Shown: positions 28,472-39,571 of the stretch, piece after piece
Layout: each line of letters opens with the position of its first letter
Numbering within the stretch: the stretch's first letter is position 1
Translations under genes and position numbers: made by a program
From: Pavona decussata
Taxonomy: Eukaryota
Length of the DNA: 64,000 bases
Direction of reading: 5' to 3'
Assembly: GCA_977016875.1 (NCBI GenBank)
Contig: CDRNST010000195.1
Coordinates: 3,348,001-3,412,000, forward strand
Notes under the pieces: generated by a model
What the model was told of the DNA's origin: nothing
The model's database searches: none
Seen by the model: only the letters and a program-made list of their open reading frames with translations

Positions 28472-30694
28472 TCTTTTCTTACCTGTAGTTCCATTTGCTT
28501 GTGACCATTATACTTCCAAGTTTTGTCGAGTTGAAGGTGTAATGTTGGGGCCCCAGAAGAGTGCAGTGGAATCACATTGTGATTTCGGTAATTGGCTGCA
28601 ATGAATAGTCCCTCAAGGTCCTGCAGAATTTCTAGGGTGCATATCTCCAGGCCACGTGAGGGAGGTATATGGCAATACAGGCTCAGCAACACCAGGTCTA
28701 TTGCCTCTTTGGGTTTTGGTCTTCTTAGCCAGGTTGCCTCGAAAATTCCCGTCTATAGGTTGCCTTCCCTGCAGGATGGGGGATAAGATGGAATTTGTCA
28801 TGCCTTTCTGTTCACCTCAATTCTAGCAGCTATTTAATATACCTTCCAAGACCTTTAGTTCTCAGTCATAGGGCTTCTTGTGAACCGTAGCGTAAGAACA
28901 AAATAAAAAGGGCTATACCCAGCCCCCTCCTTCGCTACATTGTTTATTTTCAGTAAATTTCTGTTGTTTTTTTTTTTCTGTCTTTCAGATTGACCTTTTG
29001 AAACAGACCGGTTGCTTTGAAAATGAAAATTAAATGAATATTAAAAAAATATATGAAATATCAGGAACTGATATTAGGGTGCTGATTTTGAGACAAAGGC
29101 CTTATTACTCACCATGGGAGCCAGTAGTTCAATGTGGACAATTCCTCCTTTGCTTTGGGCCTCTCCAATTCACCCTGCCGTTGAAGTAAGGTTGCCTGCT
29201 TTCGAAGCGGTTTAATCAAGGTTGCACCTTCATAATCCGGTGCTCGATGTTGGTGAATGAACTTTAGCGGGTACAAGAGAGAGATTGCATGATTTGCATG
29301 GTCGCTGAACTAAGTCCCCTTGCATCCTAGGATGGAAATGCAACACTTAAAATTTCCAGAAAATGCATAGTTAAGCCCAATTTAACGTGCAGAAAGGTCT
29401 AATTCCTCTAGTCGAAGGCACCACCTATAACGAAATACGTATGTATGCGCTGTCGCAAAAACTAGCAACCTTGAGCGGCCATGAATCAGAACAGCAAGTG
29501 GGAAATAAAACATTAATGCAGAGATTGTTTAGTCAGTATTGCAAATTGCACCAGTTCGGGGTACTGAATATTTGAACATTATTGGCAAGATAAATGTTGA
29601 ACACTGGTAACTGGCCACTTGTGCAAAGATGCATTTAATGACCATTGTTTGGAATTTTTGCGGGTTCGCAGACGCTGATTTTCGAACTTTGGTTTTACAG
29701 CAAAGTACCCAAAGCTACAGGTCATTCTAAGGATTTTTTTTTACGTCTGAGAACACTTCAGATTTGGGTTCAGAGCCACACGCCGGGGAAACTTCACGCT
29801 CAAGAGGGTCAAAGGAGGTTGTTTTACCGCGACTTGACTTTACACAGGAGGAAAAAAAAACACGCCCTTAAGTAGTCGAGGTAAGAGATTCATCTTCAAA
29901 TATATGGGGCTTTATGGAACGTCCTTGATTCCTTAAAAAAAACCAAGGAAACCGGCAGTTTAAATTGATAAAAAGAAATCAGGATTTAGGCAATGTGCTT
30001 GGCCGATTCAACTAGAACTGACCTGCAGGCCCGCAAAACACGAGTCGTAAATTTGCAGTCATACTACAACAAACGTGTTCCTCCACTTTTAGGTAGGTTG
30101 TTTGGGCTAGGAACTGTCCGTGACATTTGAGAGAGTGTGGCTTGGTAAAAGAGGAGCGCAGTTGTTTGAGAAAGTCACGCATATTGTCGCACAGCTGCGA
30201 AACCTTTAGCGTGTAAGCTTTTGTGCCGCTAGGAAGGCTAGCGGGCAGAGTTCCCTTGATCTTTGGTTGCTTGACCGCCAAGCAAAGCGTGTCCTCGGCT
30301 GAATGTTCATCATTCGAGAGTATAATGACCTCTTCAGGCAGTTCGTCCTTCACGACATTTGGGCTTGGCGAAACCTGTGTTCCGTTGTCGCTGGAAACAG
30401 GTGTCTGGTGATCTGACTCTACATGTTCTCCAGCAGTGAGCTTGGGTGCCTCCAGATAAGCTGACCAAATTAGTAGATTTGACCCCTGATGATCATCCTC
30501 TGAACTGCTAGTTAGGTCGTATAGCAGTACCTGAATGAACCGGAAAGCTACTGGCACCATGTTCAAATCTTCAACCTGTGGTTGATGGTTCAAATTAAAG
30601 GTGAGTGAAATTAAAGGACACTTAGACGCGCGATCGCTGTCACTGATTGGATGCAACACCACGCACTGTGATTGGTCGATAGCTGTTCTATTGA

Positions 30695-32456
30695 TTGTCA
30701 ATTTCTTTTTCTTTCTTTCTTTCAATCCTCTTTAGGATGAATCTGCTTGTGTACGGTCCTCGGACTTGTTACCATGCGATAGGAGTGAGGCCTGCCCTTG
30801 GAGGCGTTAACAGACACTGGCACCAGGCAGTCCAAGGATTCTTTCCAGCATGTACTGTCCAGATGTAAGCTGTACAGGTTCCCACCATCCGACTTGAACC
30901 ACAGCAGGGCTGCCATTCTGTCAGGAAGAAAGGCTTGTACGTGCGCTGGCAGAATCCTGGGCTGTTGAACGGTGCTGTCTGTCTCGACCACTGCAACAAG
31001 GTTGCTGATCTTGATCACATCCTAGTCGTGGTCACCAGCTAAGCGTCTACCTGGGGCTGTCGATTGTTCTCCTTCCTCTGCTGCCTGCCTCCTAAGGATA
31101 CAGCCATTGTATTCTTCTTCACCGCCGTGTGCCCGTCGTACGTGTTGTGGGCCATCTCTCTGGAATGGCGGAGTGCCTTGGCGAGGCTGTCTTTCATTTG
31201 CTCCGTGCAGTCACTGTGGAGAGAATTCTTTGTCAATTCTAAGGCTCGCTGGGAAAGAAAGAAAACAAACTGAAAATGGTTGACTTCTGTGTGACTGGAA
31301 CTTCCGTGTTGTATTATTGATTTATTGATTCATTCATTGATTCTAAGCCAAGGGTTTGCTTCCCCCAGAACTTCCGTTTAACTTCAAGCCTTGGTTGTCC
31401 AAGGGCAAGGGAAGTAATCATGCTTACTAGCGGGCGAAATAAATCCAGGCTTTCGTAATTTAAAAAAGTAAGCTGTGACCAGTGGTCTAATTACCTGCGA
31501 TTGTATTCGCATGTGATGAAAGCTGAACACAAGACATTGATGCTGACTGCGCAACCCGTTAGTTTCAGGAACATGCCTTTGATGTGCTGTGAAAAGGCAG
31601 TGCTTGTGAATGGACGACCGTTTGCACATTCTGCGATAGAGAGAGCGGAAAATATTTTAACCCCATAACAAAGGGAAATAACTGTAAAAGATGAACTGAA
31701 ATGAGTTTGACATTTTGTGCGTGGCGATCTTTTGTTTTCGGAAAATAGCAGTGGCTTTAAGGCCTTTGTTGAACTTTAATATATACAAAGATTATAAAAG
31801 CAAAGGATTTGCCACTCATCACAAGAAGCACGCCAGTGTTGTCCTCATGTGTATTAAGTTTAGCTCGGTGAATCTTGACGTAGTCGTGCATCAACTTTTT
31901 GAGTTCACCTCCAACCTGGGAAAAAATTGGACTTATTTTTACTTCCAAATACCTTTCAGTCTGAATGTAATCATATGAGTTTTTATTTCAATAAGAATAG
32001 CATTAACTTTATGACTTTCATTGTGGATGAAAGTATCTTTTGTTAATCGAAATGAATTGTTAATAGGTTTCAATAGTTCTTTTTTCTACTTTTTGCTTGA
32101 ACTATGTTAAAGAAATTACTTAGTATTAAATTGTTGTTATTATTATTATCATTATTATTATTGTTTTTATTATTATCTTTTCTTACCTGTAGTTCCATTT
32201 GCTTGTGACCATTATACTTCCAAGTTTTGTCGAGTTGAAGGTGTAATGTTGGGGCCCCAGAAGAGTGCAGTGGAATCACATTGTGATTTCGGTAATTGGC
32301 TGCAATGAATAGTCCCTCAAGGTCCTGCAGAATTTCTAGGGTGCATATCTCCAGGCCACGTGAGGGAGGTATATGGCAATACAGGCTCAGCAACACCAGG
32401 TCTAATTAAATTCTATAAAATTAAATTCTATAAAATTTATAGCATTTTGCTCTGGA
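30695..32456 (-). repeat. Short unit (third copy)
   Basis: Same breakpoint and filler (32405-32454), and the same diagnostic SNPs as 16026-17787. Confidence 0.95.
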
Positions 32457-33895
32457 TTGTCAATTTCTTTTTCTTTCTTTCTTTCAATCCTCTTTAGGAT
32501 GAATCTGCTTGTGTACGGTCCTCGGACTTGTTACCATGCGATAGGAGTGAGGCCTGCCCTTGGAGGCGTTAACAGACACTGGCACCAGGCAGTCCAAGGA
32601 TTCTTTCCAGCATGTACTGTCCAGATGTAAGCTGTACAGGTTCCCACCATCCGACTTGAACCACAGCAGGGCTGCCATTCTGTCAGGAAGAAAGGCTTGT
32701 ACGCGCGCTGGCAGAATCCTGGGCTGTTGAACGGTGCTGTCTGTCTCGACCACTGCAACAAGGTTGCTGATCTTGATCACATCCTAGTCGTGGTCACCAG
32801 CTAAGCGTCTACCTGGGGCTGTCGATTGTTCTCCTTCCTCTGCTGCCTGCCTCCTAAGGATACAGCCATTGTATTCTTCTTCACCGCCGTGTGCCCGTCG
32901 TACGTGTTGTGGGCCATCTCTCTGGAATGGCGGAGTGCCTTGGCGAGGCTGTCTTTCATTTGCTCCGTGCAGTCACTGTGGAGAGAATTCTTTGTCAATT
33001 CTAAGGCTCGCTGGGAAAGAAAGAAAACAAACTGAAAATGGTTGACTTCTGTGTGACTGGAACTTCCGTGTTGTATTATTGATTTATTGATTCATTCATT
33101 GATTCTAAGCCAAGGGTTTGCTTCCCCCAGAACTTCCGTTTAACTTCAAGCCTTGGTTGTCCAAGGGCAAGGGAAGTAATCATGCTTACTAGCGGGCGAA
33201 ATAAATCCAGGCTTTCGTAGTTTAAAAAAGTAAGCTGTGACCAGTGGTCTAATTACCTGCGATTGTATTCGCATGTGATGAAAGCTGAACACAAGACATT
33301 GATGCTGACTGCGCAACCCGTTAGTTTCAGGAACATGCCTTTGATGTGCTGTGAAAAGGCAGTGCTTGTGAATGGACGACCGTTTGCACATTCTGCAATA
33401 GAGAGAGCGGAAAATATTTTAACCCCATAACAAAGGGAAATAACTGTAAAAGATGAAGTGAAATGAGTTTGACATTTTGTGCGTGGCGATCTTTTTTTTT
33501 CGGAAAATAGCAGTGGCTTTAAGGCCTTTGTTGAACTTTAATATATACAAAGATTATAAAAGCAAAGGATTTGCCACTCATCACAAGAAGCACGCCAGTG
33601 TTGTCCTCATGTGTATTAAGTTTAGCTCGGTGAATCTTGACGTAGTCGTGCATCAACTTTTTGAGTTCACCTCCAACCTGGGAAAAAATTGGACTTATTT
33701 TTACTTCCAAATACCTTTCAGTCTGAATGTAATCATATGAGTTTTTATTTCAATAAGAATAGCATTAATTTTATGACTTTCATTGTGGATGAAAGTATCT
33801 TTTGTTAATCGAAATGAATTGTAAATAGGTTTCAATAGTTCTTTTTTCTACTTTTTGCTTGAACTATGTTAAAGAAATTACTTAGTATTAAATTG

Positions 33896-33946
<51 letters not shown>

Positions 33947-36203
33947 TCTTTTCTTACCTGTAGTTCCATTTGCTTGTGACCATTATACTTCCAAGTTTTG
34001 TCGAGTTGAAGGTGTAATGTTGGGGCCCCAGAAGAGTGCAGTGGAATCACATTGTGATTTCGGTAATTGGCTGCAATGAATAGTCCCTCAAGGTCCTGCA
34101 GAATTTCTAGGGTGCATATCTCCAGGCCACGTGAGGGAGGTATATGGCAATACAGGCTCAGCAACACCAGGTCTATTGCCTCTTTGGGTTTTGGTCTTCT
34201 TAGCCAGGTTGCCTCGAAAATTCCCGTCTGTAGGTTGCCTTCCCTGCAGGATGGGGGATAAGATGGAATTTGTCATGCCTTTCTGTTCACCTCAATTCTA
34301 GCAGCTATTTAATATACCTTCCAAGACCTTTAGTTCTCAGTCATAGGGCTTCTTGTGAACCGTAGCGTAAGAACAAAATAAAAAGGGCTATACCCAGCCC
34401 CCTCCTTCGCTACATTGTTTATTTTCAGTAAATTTCTGTTGTTTTTTTTTTCTGTCTTTCAGATTGACCTTTTGAAACAGACCGGTTGCTTTGAAAATGA
34501 AAATTAAATGAATATTAAAAAAATATATGAAATATCAGGAACTGATATTAGGGTGCTGATTTTGAGACAAAGGCCTTATTACTCACCATGGGAGCCAGTA
34601 GTTCAATGTGGACAATTCCTCCTTTGCTTTGGGCCTCTCCAATTCACCCTGCCGTTGAAGTAAGGTTGCCTGCTTTCGAAGCGGTTTAATCAAGGTTGCA
34701 CCTTCATAATCCGGTGCTCGATGTTGGTGAATGAACTTTAGCGGGTACAAGAGAGAGATTGCATGATTTGCATGGTCGCTGAACTAAGTCCCCTTGCATC
34801 CTAGGATGGAAATGCAACACTTAAAATTTCCAGAAAATGCATAGTTAAGCCCAATTTAACGTGCAGAAAGGTCTAATTCCTCTAGTCGAAGGCACCACCT
34901 ATAACGAAATACGTATGTATGCGCTGTCGCAAAAACTAGCAACCTTGAGCGGCCATGAATCAGAACAGCAAGTGGGAAATAAAACATTAATGCAGAGATT
35001 GTTTAGTCAGTATTGCAAATTGCACCAGTTCGGGGTACTGAATATTTGAACATTATTGGCAAGATAAATGTTGAACACTGGTAACTGGCCACTTGTGCAA
35101 AGATGCATTTAATGACCATTGTTTGGAATTTTTGCGGGTTCGCAGACGCTGATTTTCGAACTTTGGTTTTACAGCAAAGTACCCAAAGCTACAGGTCATT
35201 CTAAGGATTTTTTTTTACGTCTGAGAACACTTCAGATTTGGGTTCAGAGCCACACGCCGGGGAAACTTCACGCTCAAGAGGGTCAAAGGAGGTTGTTTTA
35301 CCGCGACTTGACTTTACACAGGAGGAAAAAAAAACACGCCCTTAAGTAGTCGAGGTAAGAGATTCATCTTCAAATATATGGGGCTTTATGGAACGTCCTT
35401 GATTCCTTAAAAAAAACCAAGGAAACCGGCAGTTTAAATTGATAAAAAGAAATCAGGATTTAGGCAATGTGCTTGGCCGATTCAACTAGAACTGACCTGC
35501 AGGCCCGCAAAACACGAGTCGTAAATTTGCAGTCATACTACAACAAACGTGTTCCTCCACTTTTAGGTAGGTTGTTTGGGCTAGGAACTGTCCGTGACAT
35601 TTGAGAGAGTGTGGCTTGGTAAAAGAGGAGCGCAGTTGTTTGAGAAAGTCACGCATATTGTCGCACAGCTGCGAAACCTTTAGCGTGTAAGCTTTTGTGC
35701 CGCTAGGAAGGCTAGCGGGCAGAGTTCCCTTGATCTTTGGTTGCTTGACCGCCAAGCAAAGCGTGTCCTCGGCTGAATGTTCATCATTCGAGAGTATAAT
35801 GACCTCTTCAGGCAGTTCGTCCTTCACGACATTTGGGCTTGGCGAAACCTGTGTTCCGTTGTCGCTGGAAACAGGTGTCTGGTGATCTGACTCTACATGT
35901 TCTCCAGCAGTGAGCTTGGGTGCCTCCAGATAAGCTGACCAAATTAGTAGATTTGACCCCTGATGATCATCCTCTGAACTGCTAGTTAGGTCGTATAGCA
36001 GTACCTGAATGAACCGGAAAGCTACTGGCACCATGTTCAAATCTTCAACCTGTGGTTGATGGTTCAAATTAAAGGTGAGTGAAATTAAAGGACACTTAGA
36101 CGCGCGATCGCTGTCACTGATTGGATGCAACACCACGCACTGTGATTGGTCGATAGCTGTTCTATTGAGTTAATCTCAGCCTCGACATTCTTATAGAAGG
36201 TTG

Positions 36204-36340
36204 AAATAATAATTATGTGTAATAATAATAGTAATAATAATAATAATAATGATAATAATAATAATAATTATTATTATTATTATAACCAGCTTTATACGGG
36301 GAGCCCACTTAAGGAAAGTGATATTCAGTGGGGCTCTGTA
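36204..36340 (-). repeat. (AAT)n/(TTA)n microsatellite with an adjacent stem-loop; probable 3' stub of a non-LTR retroelement
   Basis: Minus strand reads GAGCCCCACTG..AGTGGGCTC..TATAAAGCTGG followed by (TAA)n, the hairpin-plus-simple-repeat tail layout of CR1/L2-type 3' ends. Confidence 0.4.
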
Positions 36341-37330
36341 GATTGAGAAAAACAGAAAGAAATGAAAACTACATTGTTTTAAAAAAGACAGCAATAAGGA
36401 ACAAAAATTAAAAATAAGAATTGAAAAGTAGCTAAAAAACACTCTTTGATACGTTGCTTAAAAATTAAAAAAGGAATTGGTCTTTGAAAGACTGTTCTAA
36501 AAGGTTCCATTCCTTAATACCCTGGTAAAGGAGTCTTTTCTTTTCGTAGTTTGTTCGTACAAGTGGAGGACGGAAATCATTCTTTCTCCGGCTGTTATTT
36601 TGTGGTCAGGAAAGTATATTTTGCAATATTTCGAAAAGCGCGGCCTTTCTTCTTCAGGGTATGTGTAAGACTGAATGGAATGGAATGGAAGGATGAGGCA
36701 TGCAACTAACAACTGACAGTGTTTTCTTGTTTTTTGTGGTTCATGCAGTGGAACTCCCGGTTAGTTGATATTAGCATGGGAATTTTAACCTTAAATGATG
36801 TCATACATTAATGCATAACTCGATTGTCACAAAATTGGTTCCAAATGATTCCTTGCACCGTCATCTAGCCAACCAATGCAGTGTTGGAACTTCAGAATAT
36901 ATTACACTCTCAATAAAGCTTTCACTTAACTGTTTTAAGTGCACCTGAGGGCACCCTTAACTTAATTGGAGACTGCACAACTGTGTATCATGGTTAAAAA
37001 ATATCATCCGGGGTGGCTCTATCACCTTACAAAGCCTAACTGATAGTTAAATTGCTTGAACATAGCCTTCAAAAGGTAAAAAAAGTTGCTATTTATAGAG
37101 CTACAAAAGTGTGTACTCACCCAAAGATGACTTTGTAGAAAAGGGACTTTGTGTATGCGTCACCAACACTTTTTTAGGTTTATATATGGGTACATGTAGT
37201 GGGAAAAAATCGATTAAAAAGTCAGGCAGACAAACAAGGTATTGCTAGAAAGCTTAAGGCGTGATCGCTAGGGTTGTAGGAGCTGTAGTTAATCATTCTA
37301 TAAATCAGTGATTGCAAATTGTCACTTTAA

Positions 37331-37690
37331 AGTGCCCCTGGGACGAAAATTTCATTTCCCATCTTGTTGCATTTTCGTGTAGACTTTATAAACTGTATTC
37401 TGTTGTTGCGAACTAAATAACAGCAGAATACAGTTTATGAAGTAGAATCCATATGAAAATTAGCCATGTGGAATTTTTTCTGTTGAGCCAATGACGTCAC
37501 TTCCTGTAATTTGAGCCTTAACTTCCGGAACAAGGCCAAGTAATGGCGGCCGTGAAATCTTGAATAAAAAGCTAAAAAAAATACTTCCAATCGTCGTAAA
37601 GGATTGAAATTTGGTAACATGAGTAAGAAGGTCATATTCTACACGAAAATGCAAAAAGATGGGAAATGAAATTTTCGTCCCAGGGGCACT
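37331..37690. mobile_element. 360-bp MITE with TTAA target duplication (Kolobok-like termini AG..CT)
   Basis: ~53-bp TIR AGTGCCCCTGGGACGAAAATTTCATTTCCCATCTT(G/T)TTGCATTTTCGTGTAGA with 1 mismatch. TTAA at 37327-37330 and 37691-37694. Confidence 0.9.
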
Positions 37691-38552
37691 TTAATGAGTC
37701 ATGTGTCTAGGTCTGAATGGCCTTCACTTTTCCAGGTGGAAAAGAATGGCAGGACGGTGTTCATGTTTGGGCCAAATTGCACGATTCTTACTTGGAGTAT
37801 TGTTTAGTAGTATATGCATGTTTTACACGTTAAAGTCTTTCTTAACCCTAAAATGGCGCCGAGGTCTGGAACGTTTTTTCGGTGAGAGCACTTCGTACCC
37901 ATTGGACGAGAAACTCTGTTGCAGAGGGGATGAAGGCGCTTGGGTCATCCTTTGAACACTTTTGGTGTATCTTCATACTTTTCTAGCCTTGCTTTGCCAC
38001 GTGTCTGATCCTTATTTTTGGCCATGTAGACAAGCGGGGTCACCCGACATATGGGCAGATGCTGATTTTCCTCACAGTGACATTTGGCAATATGCCTGGC
38101 CAGTTGGTGCTTGCTCTCTCTTTGTCTATAGCTTGTGTATGGCACAAGTCTGCTTTAAGGTCATTGAAATAAATTTCTGTCAGTGTGCTGGATATTTGTT
38201 AAAAATGTAAAATCAACCTTCTAAACATCCTGGGGTAACTCGGGGTAACCGTATAAGGATGATTATTTAATAAAGTGATGTTTATTCCTGAAACTCCTGG
38301 ATATATAGCGGTTTTTTTTTCCTGCCTAATTCCAAGTTTTTGGGTGATTTCCCTACACTTTTGTTTGAGAGGTTGATAAGATTAATATGTAGAAGGAAGA
38401 GATGAATTGAGTCATACCAGTTGAAAGACAGCAATAAAATATACCAATGGTGACAGCGCCATGAAAAAATATGAAAAGAGAAATTTTTTTTGATTCTTAA
38501 AAAAAAAAACCCGATCTAAACCTGTTGGGGACTTTCCTGACCAGGAACCTAG

Positions 38553-38575
38553 TTAGGGTTAGGGTTAGGGTTAGG
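38553..38575 (+). repeat. Short telomeric repeat (TTAGGG)3TTAGG
   Basis: Seen directly. Preceded by TGACCAGGAACCTAG and followed by ATCCT. Confidence 0.95.
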
Positions 38576-38580
38576 ATCCT

Positions 38581-38718
38581 GGTTGATATCCCGACATTTT
38601 GGTTGATATTACGACACCATGGTTGATATCTTGACATTGTGGTTGATAAGTCGACACGTTTGGTTGATATTGTGACACTTTGTTGATATCCTGACAAATG
38701 TTGGTTGATAATTTGACA
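38581..38718 (+). repeat. 7-copy ~20-bp-period motif array, GGTTGATA-N4-GACA
   Basis: Copies at 38581, 38601, 38621, 38641, 38662, 38681 and 38703, with fixed motif and variable spacers. Confidence 0.9.
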
Positions 38719-39179
38719 GAAGAAAAGATGAAGTTAAATTTTTTCTTTAATGTTGGTTACAACATTGAAAATTGAGGTCTAGCCGTAAGTGGATTAAAGG
38801 GTAGGGTAGAAGACTTTTTTTTATTATAGTTTCCAGCTTTTTTTTTGATTGCAAATTAAAAAATTGATTTTTTTGCAAGGTAGAAAAACGATAATGGTGT
38901 GTCCAAAAATCAACCATAGTAAATGTTAAGAAATTTTAAAAATTTCGTTTTGGAATGTTTATAAAATGAATTGGAAGCAATGTAGGCGTATATTGAGCCT
39001 AATATTATTTTTGGCTCAAATTATAAATCCTCTTTTTATGCCTAATGTGCTTTCAATCACTTTTGAAACATTCCCAAAGGAAAAATTTCCTCTTCTTTGC
39101 AGTGGAGGCAGTGGTTTCCCGGTCCCCTCCTCAATTTCCATTGAGGGTATTACTTCTAAGACTTTTCAGTCATATAGAA

Positions 39180-39428
39180 GGGTTTCATCAAGTAACCAGT
39201 TTGACTCATTGTTGCCGGGTATGTATGGTAAGCTAAAACGTTTAGCCAATGTTTTGCCTTTAATCTTGTTAGACTGAGGCAAAAGCAATACAGTGTATTT
39301 GTGGGGCACTCCTCAGGGGTTGGTTACCCTAACTCGTGTTTGATCCCAGACAAATCACAGATATTGCCTTATCAGTCTCCCAGGGGTATCATGAAGTTAC
39401 CATCTTCACTCGTTGTTGCCAGGGTATG
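39180..39428 (-). ncRNA. Putative structured RNA / hairpin cluster 3' of YR gene A
   Basis: Three related hairpins (39180-39223, 39301-39347, 39381-39428) are conserved with element B (55408-55613) and show compensatory stem changes. Transcription is not demonstrated. Confidence 0.45.
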
Positions 39429-39571
39429 TTGTCGTGGTTCCCTGGTCCCCCCAAACCCTTTTTTATTTTTATTTTTATTTATTTTTATTTTTTTTTGATT
39501 TTATTTTTATTTATTTATTTTTTATTTTTATTTTTTTTTTGCTTTCTAGACTGCCATCACCTCAATCCTTA

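Larger units (their letters stand above)
1..36168. repeat. Tandem array of a ~3.7 kb YR-element unit (partial + L L L L S L S L L S L)
   Basis: Identical ORF sets recur. Unit starts are 1138, 4884, 8594, 12316, 16026, 17788, 21492, 23254, 26979, 30695 and 32457. Lengths are 3746, 3710, 3722, 3710, 1762, 3704, 1762, 3725, 3716, 1762 and 3712. The array ends at ...GTTCTATTGA|GTTAATC (36168) and runs off the window on the left. Confidence 0.97.

Noticed and set aside
1-36168. rDNA, histone or snRNA gene tandem array
   Set aside because: No rRNA, histone or snRNA sequence was recognised in the unit; its content is a YR pseudogene.
38553-38575. True telomere, telomere fusion or telomerase RNA template (CUAACCCUAAC on the minus strand)
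   Set aside because: Only 2-4 repeats, embedded at the same position in two related elements. No telomerase RNA pseudoknot or H/ACA domain recognised.
38581-38718. CRISPR array interpretation of the 20-bp-period arrays (also 46716-46861)
   Set aside because: Repeats are 12-16 bp, spacers are mostly under 10 bp, the context is eukaryotic and there are no cas genes.
39180-39428. Hammerhead ribozyme or SECIS call for the hairpins
   Set aside because: The CUGANGA core is absent. Stems are 5-6 bp and lack the apical AA at SECIS spacing; only the GA/GA flank is similar.
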